Positions 1 through 10,606 of a DNA stretch of 64,000 nucleotides are shown here, piece after piece. The notes under the pieces were generated by a model. The model worked only from the letters and a program-made list of their open reading frames with translations. It was not told where the DNA came from and did not search any database. The position numbers and the translations under genes are program-made. The stretch is from Catajapyx aquilonaris (lineage: Eukaryota). How positions within the stretch are numbered: the first letter of the stretch is position 1; every line of letters starts with the position of its first letter. The stretch is from contig KZ537964.1 in assembly GCA_000934665.2 (NCBI GenBank), positions 62,001 through 126,000 on the forward strand, written 5' to 3'.

Positions 1-404
1 GGTTCCCCTGTGCTAGAAAATAGATCCGGCTGGACTCACAATCAGCTAGCGCCATTGAAAACGTGAGTTATGATCCTCTGGCATGACTTCAAATCGGGTC
101 GTCATGAATGAATTAGAGCCCTCTGAACCACAGGAAATGCTGCTGGCTTTTGCAGGGCTTGTTGGTGGGGCTCCAAGGACAAAAATGGTCATATGCGCCA
201 ATCCGGGGATGGATTCGGACGCCCTTGTCACATTACTTTTGCTGGAAGGTCTTTGGGGACGATTAGTTTTAATAGGTGTCCTGATAATCACCCGAAAACT
301 ACCGCCGCTGGACGCCTGCCCACATAATACCCCGCCGGTATCAATACGTGTTACAGGATCGGGGCCTTTTCGGTCTTTGAACTCAAAAGTCGTTCATTAA
401 CATT

Positions 405-683
405 GTACCGACTCGGTACTGACTAAGTACCGCCTCTGTACTGACTAAGTACCGTACCGACTCTGTACTGACTAAGTGGAATCACGTTTCGGTTTTGATT
501 GTATCAAGAAAATATTTCACATGGAATGTACACAACATCAGTTGCAACTTGTGGTACCGACTCGGTACCGACTCAGTACTGACTAGGTCCGGTTTTGTAC
601 CGACTCACATGTCAGCGGAATTAAATTTTCAGTTTCGATTATATCAAAAAAATATTGCTCGTCACATGCAATGTACACAACAT
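405..683. repeat. Degenerate tandem duplication (~140-bp period) with repeated GTACCGACTC/GTACTGACTA motifs, probable transposon subterminal remnant
   Basis: GTACCGACTCGGTAC near-palindrome repeated several times. Two copies of GGAAT...TATCAA(G/A)AAAATATT...CACATG(G/C)AATGTACACAACATC at ~478-539 and ~617-683. Confidence 0.6.
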
Positions 684-986
684 CTGCCAACAACTAGGAT
701 GGTGTCAGAGGTCACATGTGTCGACCCTTCGGTCCCATTCGACACTGTCAGCGACCCCCATCCATATTGATAAGCAAATAATATATCGGCCGTCATAAAT
801 AATTACTAGCCGCAAACGCGTGAAGGTGGAGACAAACGCGACGTAATCTTCACTCCGGGGGTGTTTGATAAATTGTATCACGCTTGACATGGGGGTGGGG
901 TAACTCCATCCATAAATCACCTCCCATAAATTTACCGACCAAATAACGTTATTGGTACCATCCTTTCTTTTCACACCTCCCTATTT

Positions 987-1072
987 ACAAACAAACAAAC
1001 AAACAAACAAACAAACAAACAAACAAACAAATGAATGAATGAATGAATGAATGAATGAATGAATGAATGAAT
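987..1072. repeat. Compound microsatellite (CAAA)n(TGAA)n
   Basis: Directly visible tetranucleotide runs. Confidence 0.95.
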
Positions 1073-1309
1073 AAATAATTAAATAAATTGTGACGCTCTT
1101 CACTAGCAGGCAGTGGCGTCTGGTGGGTGTGGGCCTGAGGAAGTACTTTTTTGTAGTTGTGAAACGGCCTGGCTGCAAGCTGGTCTCACTAAATGGGTTG
1201 TCCCGAACTTGTGTAATATTGGACCACGACCATGACCCTGAGTGACCTTGAGGAGTCAAGATGGATGACCTAGGGAGGTCACCCCTCGCAAAATAAATAT
1301 AGGCCTATA

Positions 1310-1420
1310 TATAGATAGGCAGATAAATAAATAAATAGATAAATAGACAGATAGGCAGACAGATAGACAGACAGATAGATAGATAGGCAAATAGCTAACT
1401 AGACAGACAGACAGACAGAC

Positions 1421-1448
<28 letters not shown>
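1310..1448. repeat. Compound (AGAT)n/(AGAC)n microsatellite
   Basis: Directly visible tetranucleotide runs. Confidence 0.9.
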
Positions 1449-1451
<3 letters not shown>

Positions 1452-2375
1452 CTTTGCCCTCTGTGAGTCATCAGCAGCGTTCAGCAGCGTTCATGTAGCC
1501 TACTGTAGTACCACTTTCCCCATGACCCTGGCAGTGGCAGCAGTGTGGAGAGAGGGACGATGCGCCATCTAGGTGAGGGTTTGGGTATTACGAGGATGAT
1601 ATTGATACACTTTCGTCTCTCCTACTTATGTCTCTCTCTAGACGAGGCTCGTTTGTAGAACCTGCACACTTTGTACAGGATCCATCAGCATGGCCACTAA
1701 TATCCGAGGACCTCCGTCGGAAAGGCATGCACCGTAGAAAGTTGTCCCAGGGGCCGATTACCAGGGAGAGGGGGGCCGAGGCAGGATTTACGAGGCTTGA
1801 AGCAGCAGACAAGCGGTGTTTTCCCGCCCAAAATAGCCTTCTGGGTAGAGTTAGGCCTCGCTGGCTGGCGTCTGTTGATCATCAGCGGATGATGGATTCC
1901 GGCCGGCTAATTGCTCCCGATGAAACACGGATGCCACCCTAAGCAGGTGATAATGGCGCCGGCTGAGGACAGCCCAGCGACAATTTACGTCGGCCCCGGC
2001 GTACGTCTTCCTGAATTAACGCGGCTCTGACACAACCGAGTCCCAAACTTGTTCCCAGTCCCAACTGCTCCCCGATGACGATTTTCAGCGTGGAAAGTTT
2101 GAACAAAAAAAAAAAAAAAAACTGGCGATGAAATATATAGCAGGGAGGGCAAAATATGGCCGGATTTGTAGTCGGAGGCTGGACATGTGTCACAAACAGG
2201 AGTAAATCAGAAATGGTTACTTATGTTGAGAGATGGCCGGATTGTAAATAGAGAAAGACTTTTGCGAGCAGCTAATATGCAGTAGTTGACGGGTGTGACT
2301 GGACTATTAGCATGGTACTGATTTGAAATACCGGGGCGAACTGGTTGGCACAAGACGGACAGTATTGTTGGCATA

Positions 2376-2566
2376 GAGGGTGTTCCAAATTCGTCTGTCA
2401 TTTTCATAACAGATATCACCAGGTAGCAGTTAATTTGTAGCTTGTGCCCCTAAGCTCTATAGCAACTGCCCCTGAGAGTACCTGGTTAGGGGGCACAACA
2501 AGCTACAAAAAATACCTACTTCGTGAGATATCGGTTATAAAAAGCGACCCACGAACTTGGAACACT
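2376..2566. mobile_element. Palindromic MITE, family A (Tc1/mariner-type ends), right end truncated
   Basis: TA-GAGGGTGTTCCAAATTCGT ... ACGAACTTGGAACAC. Internal inverted TTGTAGCTTGTGCCCCTAA / TTAGGGGGCACAACAAGCTACAA. Similar copies at 7478-7664 and 10203-10403. Confidence 0.75.
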
Positions 2567-2979
2567 TGTGACGACCCCGGTTTCGCCCCGGGGCCAACCC
2601 CGTGCCAGCTCTACCAACCCATGGACAGTGGTTTATTGGACCTTCCAGGTCACCACCTTAGTACAGACTCTTCCAGACTCTCTCGACTCTGGATACCATC
2701 TCCACTCTCCCCTGGCCAAAGACAGGGAAGCAGTGCGCATGCCTCGCCCACATCACATGGCCTGTAGGGGGCGGGACCTCGCACACTCTGAATAATATGC
2801 GCCCAGCGATTGGCAAATGCGACGTATCGTGCCTGGCAGGGCCAGAAGACGGTGCGGTCACCCAAAATCCATGCAGATGTTGTGCCATGCCATTATTACC
2901 GTGCACCCTTGAGAAACTTGAGCTTGGCTTCAGCACAGGTTCTGATCCTTACATCAGCCCACAAACCCTGCATGTGACA
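2567..2979 (-). mobile_element. Putative LTR (413 bp) of an LTR retrotransposon
   Basis: On the minus strand it reads TGTCACATG...GGGGTCGTCACA (TG...CA). AATAAA lies ~65 nt before its 3' end (TTTATT at ~2632-2637 on +). A purine-rich GAGACTCAGAGGTGGCGAGATA lies just upstream (PPT-like). No TSD or coding remnant found. Confidence 0.45.
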
Positions 2980-4770
2980 TATCTCGCCACCTCTGAGTCT
3001 CCATAAATCCACAATTAATATCCATCAGCTGGCTGGATTTATTTACGACTACCACCGTCTGCAAGTACATCCTATCACGTCCCACAACCTTTCCCTCCCT
3101 GGGAAATTGATGTCGCTCTTTTACGCCTAGAGCATTAAACTTATCTAAAATAAAATCGTGTTTTGGAGAGGGGTAGGTTGGATATGCTCCTGTTTGTTCC
3201 GCATTTGTAACTGGTTTTTTGGCAGTACAAAATGGCCGTCTGATAACTTCTGGGGTAACCTAAAGTTATCTTTATCGGTCCTTGGGCAAACAGAAACGGA
3301 CCTAGCTCCGGATTTATGCTCGTCCTGACGACGTCGAGAAGTGAATTCATCAAATTAATCGCGGGTCATAACAGTCGGGCCAAGTGTATTAAACAGATAG
3401 GCCTGTCAGTGTCAATAGCCTCGTAAAATGTCGCGCCACTCCCGTCCCATTTCACTCTGTCCTTGCAGAAAATTACGTAGCAAACCCATCCCTCCACAAT
3501 CTCAAACTCTTGGAGGAAATGACTTAGTGTTTCATGCACTCTCCTGATGGCCCACGGCAAAGCAAGCTCTATGAAAAGGACCCTATTTTGCGGAATTAAG
3601 TCGACCAGGCCTGGTTTTACGTCCACTCCTTGTTATCACTTTTATGGATCGTTTCAAAAGCCGGCGAAGACATAATTAACCTCTTGCGAAAAGGGGAAGA
3701 GACCAAATGAACTTGTGAGGTGGGAGTTCATCAGGAAGCTTGCCTCTCTCTTGGGGAAATTGGTCACAACATCGCCTCAAGACAGACGCAAATTGGGGGA
3801 GGTCGAGTCGGTTTATGTCCAAAACTAAGGACAAAGTTTTGCATTAGCAGTAACAGCAAAAGAACGGATTTGAAGTGTTGTTTTCTTGCGTTGTTCACAG
3901 ATGGCGCACTGCATGGCGCGCCATCTGTGAGCCACAACGTGAATCTGAGCCCAGAACCGATCAAAAATCCTTTTTTGTTGAAGTTTTACAGGTAAATTTG
4001 ATTTCAAAATTTTTGCTATTAACCGTTAAATCAACCTATAGCAGGTAACAAATTGTTTTAAAAATACGTACGCCTCAGTACCTCCGCAATGACGCGTCTG
4101 AAGCACTAAACCACGCTCATAACAACACCGCTGCGCTCCTTTATAATCCAATATTTTAGCTAATTAATCCGAATTGGCAAAGCGCTCCCCCAGCAACCAG
4201 CCTAGGGACCGGGTGGTTTAAAAAAATCACTTCAACCTTCCTACTTCTATTCCCTCGGTTGGCGTTCCAATTCGCCTAAATAGCTATACTGTTTTAAAAA
4301 CACGCTCGAGTTCTCCCCCCTACAGCAATACAATGCGTGTGTGTCGTAGAACCCGGCTCTCTACACGAGTATGCATGAGTGTGTGAATAGGCGAAACGGC
4401 GTTGGCCAAACGAGTTGTCCCACCGACCGCATACCATAAGAAATAAAATCCCGGGTTGGAATTTCAACCCTGGGATAGACGGGGGGGAAAAAGAGATGGG
4501 GTGTCCCGGGAATAATAGTCCGGGGAGCAGCATCACTTAGCGCCCCACCGATATAGTCGGCGGACATGTGCGCGGGAGTGTCTTGTAATTGCTCTGGTTG
4601 CATCGGGTTGCGGTCCCTGCGGCTGGCCCCTACCTACATTATTATTCCGCTGCAAATCACAACAAAAACCGGCCATCTGCACCCCATTCACACCTCTAAC
4701 AACCATCAACATGCTAATGATATTTAAATGCACCCCCTCCAGTAAGTCTACTATCCACACGTGACGTCAC

Positions 4771-5389
4771 ATGATTTTATTTTATTTTATTTATTTAATG
4801 TATTTATTATTTATTATTTATTTATTATTTACTGATTATTCATTTTTATATTTTATTCACTTTATTTTTATTTTTAATTCATTATTCATTAATTTTTATT
4901 TTTTATTCAATATTCAATATTCATTAATTTTTACACATATTTATTTTTTATTATTCACTGTTCATTTGTTTTTATTCATTTGAATTTTTATTATTCATTT
5001 ATTTTTATTATTCACTATTCATTTATTTTTATTATTCACTATTCATTTGTTTTTATTCATTTTAATTTTTATTATTCATTTATTTTTATTCATTTTTATT
5101 ATTCATTATTCATTAATTTTTATTCATTTTTATTATTCATTATTCATTTATTTTTATTCATTTTAATTTTTATTGTCCATTGTTCATTATTTACATATTT
5201 TTATTCATTATTAATTTAATTACAGTATTTTATATTTATTTCTTGGTCATTTTTATTTATTGTTGTTATTCACTCATTCATCTACAGTTATATGCTATTA
5301 AAATCGTTGTATGCGTGAGGCTTCAGATTGGCTCTCGTTTTGCGCCTGCGCAATGGGAGGAGGCAGCGCCTCTGGTGGGAGCTTACTAT

Positions 5390-5444
<55 letters not shown>

Positions 5445-5714
5445 TTCATTCACTTAATATTCATTAATTCATTCACTTCATATTTATTAATTCATTCACT
5501 TCATATTCATTAATTCATTCATTTAATATTTATTTATTCATTCACTTCATATTCATTCATTCACTCATTCATTTAATATTTATTTATTCGTTCACTTCAT
5601 ATTCATTCATTCATTCAATCAATATTTATTTATTCATTCATTAGTCCTATCCATGTACTATTATTTATATTTTATCTTATTTATTATCTTCTGTATTGCT
5701 ATTTATTTACTATC

Positions 5715-5787
<73 letters not shown>
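4771..5787. repeat. AT-rich low-complexity tract with (TTTA)n, (TTCA)n and (TAG)n microsatellites
   Basis: Visible degenerate TTATTC/TTTA repeats, with pure (TAG)n at ~5715-5787. Confidence 0.95.
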
Positions 5788-5789
<2 letters not shown>

Positions 5790-7477
5790 AGTAATTTGTT
5801 TGTTTATTGTTAAATATTAATTATTATTGGAGAATATGTCACCCCTCACCGAGGTCCTCTGAAGAGGAAAAGGAAACGGCAGAGAATAGATAAGAGTAAG
5901 GGGTGTGCAGCCAAAAGCTAGGCGCATTGCGCAGAGGGTTGTGGGTTGGGGTTGGGGGCTACAGGGGGAGGCTAGATGGTGGGGGTAGAGAAGATTTACC
6001 GCCCATATGGAGATAGCTTTGTCTGGCTGGGCGGTCCGTCATGAGGAAAGGAGGATTTACAACCCCAAACAGGGGGGAGGAAAAGCGAAAAGGCAGGCAG
6101 CAGTTGAAGCGCCATGTTTCACCCCGACTCCAATTTTATCAGTGACATTGGATGCGGTTTAATTTAAAACCTTTCTGGACTGCACCGGCCCCCCATAAAT
6201 AACTCAGGGGGGTAATGAAGTCGTGTAGGCCTTTACGCGAGATTTGTGGAACAGGGGGGCTAAACGGGAACTCCTGTGTCACGACATAAATTATTCCTCG
6301 ATATAGATTAACCCCCGGTGATTCTATTTCGAAACAAATTAAACCCCCGCGATTTTCTTTGCCCCCGCTACGAAATCACCACCCCTAAATAAAACCCACC
6401 CCAAGGAGCACTCTTTCTTCCAACAGTTAAACGTAAAAGTCTTATAAGATGCATCTATCTTCAGGGGCATTCAAACAACTCGCCAACTTTTCTTATTTAC
6501 TTTTTTTTTATTTTAAAGGACGTATTTTCTTGCCCCAACATGAGCGGCCATTTTTGCATCCAATGTCACACGTTGGCACCCACCCAACCCTCGTCATATT
6601 CAGGAGAAGTTACGCGGTATAATTTTCCCCGCCACGTTAAATTAGCATGCATTGTGACACGTCCTAATAGGGTCGCCCAAGACACATAACACACCCCAGC
6701 AAGCTTTATAAAAAGATATTCCTCTAATCCCCAACATGACACATGTTCTTCCACGCCCCACATTACACTGTCACAATCAACTGTTGGGATTAATTCCCAA
6801 GCAAGTGCCTGTCAGAGTAAACGTGTGAAAGTAATGCATGTAGGAAACCATGGTTGGGTAGGGGGGGGGGACTCTAAATGACAGGCCTGGAGACACAATT
6901 TTACGGCAGTGGGGATCCAGTTCTAGTGGTGAAAAATAGCTAACAGGCCCCTAGGAAAAAGAGTGGAACAAAACACACATCTGCTTCTGGTGGTGAGGGA
7001 GAGTTTAAAAGCAATGAAGATTGCTTCTTCCACTTGTTGGCGGCTCCAAGAACGCGACCTTTTGACTCACTAAGACATCACATATTTTTTTTTACCACCA
7101 GAAAGTTGCCAGAAACATATGCTAGAAATAGAAGTGGACCAGAGAATGATCGGAATGTCACTCTCTCCAACAGTGACTATCCAGGATTTGAAAGCCGTAC
7201 ACTGCAGTATGAACCCCAAAAGTTGCAAATGAATGCTTTTAAGCTAAGCTTGTCAAAATGTTTCAGGGGCTAAAACTGTTTTAGTGTCTTTCAGGTGATG
7301 AAAGGTGCCTAAAATAATGCCATTAACATGACGGCTGCAAAGGCAAACCTCACCCAAAGATAAGCCCTGCAATATTCGAGATTTTCACTGCTTCACACTA
7401 CAAAATAATTGGTTATACCTGAGTGCATGTAGCCTACATATCTTGTAATTAGGGCTCAACTGCTGTACTTATTAATA

Positions 7478-7664
7478 CAGGGTGTTCCCAATTCGTGGAT
7501 AGTTTTTTTTATAACTTATATATCCTGATAGTAGTTATCCCGATCCAGGTTCCCCATTACTCCAATGGGGTCGAAGAATAGGACACCTGGTTAGGGACAC
7601 AAAAATAACTACTATCGGGCGCTATCAGTTATAAAAAAGCGACACACGAATTTGGAACACCTTG
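7478..7664. mobile_element. Palindromic MITE, family A (Tc1/mariner-type)
   Basis: TA|CAGGGTGTTCCCAATTCGTG ... CACGAATTTGGAACACCTTG|TA, giving terminal inverted repeats (TIRs) plus a TA duplication. Confidence 0.85.
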
Positions 7665-7771
7665 TATTTGGCTTATTCGATAAATATAAATATTGCGGTA
7701 TTAGCTTCAAACTGCTTACAGAAATTTATATATTTATTTAAGCAGGTACAAAGTGCACTCTCATGGTATTT

Positions 7772-8065
7772 ATTTATTTATTTATATTTACCCCGTTGGG
7801 AGAATCGGCGCTCCATTAGGGGGGTGGAATACCACCATTTAATTTAATTTAATTTAACCTCTCAATTTTTCTGAAATTTTTCTACACACATGGGTGGGGC
7901 CAAGGATAGGGAAGGAAGCGGCTGTGGCCTATTATATGGAAGCGACCCCGGAATTATCCTTGGGGTACAGAAAACCACGGTCAGGATCGCCGGCCTCGGG
8001 ATTCGAACCCAGGACCTTCCGATTAGCAGTCGGACTCCTTAACCACTACACCAACCTGCTTCGGT
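7772..8065 (-). mobile_element. tRNA-derived SINE (~294 bp) with 16-bp TSD
   Basis: Minus strand has A box TGGTGTAGTGG, anticodon-like arm CCGA-CTGCTAA-TCGG, B box GGTTCGAATCC, body motif GGCCACAGCCGCTTCCTTCCC and a (TAAA)n tail. Flanked by direct repeats CACTCTCATGGTATTT at 7756-7771 and 8066-8081. Confidence 0.92.
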
Positions 8066-9216
8066 CACTCTCATGGTATTTTTTGCTAGTTTTAATTATT
8101 TATTAACCTGTTTAAAATATACCATTTTAATATTGTCGAATTTCAAATTAAATTTACATACAAATAATTTTGGCCCGTACAAAATGTACTCTTATGGTAC
8201 GAGCCATTTTTTGCGATTTTTAATTACTGATTATACTATTTAAAATATTAATTTTCATATTTTTGACTCTACCCGACCCCCAGCTTATCCTGGCAACCCA
8301 GCAACCTATCAGCCTCTCCTGTCCACCACTAAGCCCAACCCGCAGGGGCAAATTTGACTCCCCCGAAAACAGACTGCAATCAATGACACACCGGACTTCA
8401 AACTGTCCCATCTTCCCCAACACCCACCATCTTTACACCCCCCCCCCCCCACCACTCTTCTTTTTTTTTCACCCGACCCAAGCCAGCGTTCCTTGCAACT
8501 CGCAGAGTCTCATCTGCCAGGCGAGTGACAGCCGTTAGGGCCGTTTCCTGCGCTCGTAATTACTACCTTGATGAAGAGAAATGTCCCAAGTTAACACTCG
8601 CACGTCGTAAACCTGTCAGCCGAATAGCTTTCTGCACTTTTGGCAGCTTTCGGGCGCCCTGCTTTGTAGCCCTCTTTCCCCGTCTCTAAATTACCCGGGC
8701 AGTGAACGAAAATTGCGCGTTTGGTGGCAAATGGATGAAGAAATATGGACGGGTGCAAATTAGCTGAAAAATCAAGACTCCTACCACTTCCATCCCCCCT
8801 ATCCTACTACCTACCACACCTTCTCCGATAGTCCCTCCAGCCTTTTTTTTTTATCTCTCCCAAGCGTCGCCATTTTTCCTGCCTCCTTCCTCCTTTTCGA
8901 GGATGGCAATGGGACACTTTTGCACGTGAAGACTGACTTACGACTGGCGGACCGTTACTTCAAATCAGTCTTGGCTCGATTCCCCTTGCATCGCTAAAGT
9001 CTGGGCGAGCCTGAGAGGGAAAAGTCGTGTCTGGAAGAGACAGGATAGTGTGGTCTATGACTGTCGAGGGTATGGTGTCGTTAGGAGGAAAGTTATTCCA
9101 GACTACAGAGGGCAAGGGTGCACATGATGTCATAATTATATGTGATGACCTAAGAACAGTGTTATGCATAGCGTCCTATATGTAGGACATACATTTCAAA
9201 ACCAGGCTGTCTAATG

Positions 9217-9296
9217 GTGTCAAAAGTGTTAAATTCATATTTCCAATATATGGAACATTTTCACCTCGGGTCCATCTTCCATGTGGCAAAGGTCAC
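9217..9296. repeat. Dispersed repeat fragment, with an inverted diverged copy at ~25822-25914
   Basis: CCAATATATGGAACATTTTCAC here matches the reverse complement GTGAAAATGTTCCATATATTGG near 25853, and the flanks (TTTTGACACC, AGATGGACC) also match. Confidence 0.7.
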
Positions 9297-10202
9297 CAGG
9301 GCCTTGAAAAGTCTCACTAAATCTGAATTTCTTGTTTTCTGAAGGATTCGTTCTGAAGCTTTTGATAAGGACGTACTAAATTATTTTAAGTTAGTGTTCA
9401 TTTGCTAATAAACTTGAATTTTTGTTCCACTGCTAGTTACTGCTACCCACTGCTAACTTAGCAGTAACTAGCCAAAAAATAAACAATCGTAAAAAAAAAA
9501 CCTGAATCAGCATGCACTAGCTGGCATATTAACCAGTAATTCACACAAGTTGGTCTGTTTAGTCAGCCACCCTGTACTTGAGCCCTGTACTCCCGTACTC
9601 CGTCTCGTGCATATTACAAATGGCGTATAAAGAGGGGCTGAGGACTACTAAAGCAGTCTCAGGCTGCCCTTAAATCCTGCCCACTACAAACTTCATCCCC
9701 CCCCCCCCCACCACCACCTTTAAAAAAAAGATGGAGCCTTTCTCACGTAGTCCGCCATCTTTCCCCCTTACTACCCCTCCTTTTTGGTCATAACGCGCCC
9801 CATTTATAAAGGGAAATGTCAAATAAAGTTGCGGCAGTTATGTGGATTTCTTCGAGGGAAGAAAGAGGCGCCTCTCTCTCACTCTCTCTCTCTCCCTCTC
9901 CCAAAAACCAAATCCAGCGTGAAGGAAGATGAGCTACGCAGGCTCCATTAAATAAAGGGCTGGACATCTGCTTCATTTCTCCCTCGGGCCGGAATTTAGG
10001 ACTTAATATCCTTCACACGTTTTCTATAGCACGTGCCCTCCCCTGCCTGACTTCCTTATTGGACCCATTCGGGATATGTTCCGCATTTTCTGATATAAAA
10101 GCCTCGCTACGCTCTTTTATAAACAGTGGAAAAAGTTTGCTCATTCCATAAAAATATTTTATATTATTTTTATACTCGATTGTTTTATATTTATTTATTA
10201 TA

Positions 10203-10403
10203 CATAGTGTTAGAAGTTCGTGGGTCGATTTTTATAAGTGATATCGCCCGATATTAGTTATTTTTTGTAGCTTCTTGTGCCCCTAACCAGGTGCCCCATT
10301 CTGTAGCAACTGATGTATTCGACCCCCTGCAAGCTCCAAGAAATAACTACCATGGGAAAATATCAGTTACAAGCAAAACGACCCACGAATTTTGAACATC
10401 ATG
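10203..10403. mobile_element. Palindromic MITE, family A (diverged copy)
   Basis: TA|CATAGTGTTAGAAGTTCGTGGGTCG ... CGACCCACGAATTTTGAACATCATG|TA. Shares TTGTAGCTTCTTGTGCCCCTAACCAGGT with the 2376 and 7478 copies. Confidence 0.8.
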
Positions 10404-10410
10404 TATTATA

Positions 10411-10606
10411 CAGGGTGTTTCAACTATTTGTCCGAACATTTATCGGAAATATTGCACTAAACTGCTACTTTGTAAGCAGTGTATGCGACTTCTGCCTGAG
10501 ATTCCCCATTCCTCCGACAAACCAGTTACAAGTCACTGCTTACAAAGTAGCAGCTTAGAGTGCAATATTTCCGATAACTGTTTGGACAAAAAGTTGAAAC
10601 ACCCTG
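10411..10606. mobile_element. Palindromic MITE, family B (Tc1/mariner-type)
   Basis: TA|CAGGGTGTTTCAACT...AGTTGAAACACCCTG|TA. Long arms include CTGCTACTTTGTAAGCAGTG / CACTGCTTACAAAGTAGCAG. Second copy at 37687-37942. Confidence 0.9.

Noticed and set aside
4771..5513. Hydrophobic F/I/Y/L-rich ORFs resembling membrane proteins
   Set aside because: Translations of AT-rich microsatellite.
7990..8065. Possible functional tRNA-Ser gene on the minus strand
   Set aside because: No proper acceptor stem or long variable arm. It continues into a SINE body and tail and is flanked by a TSD.
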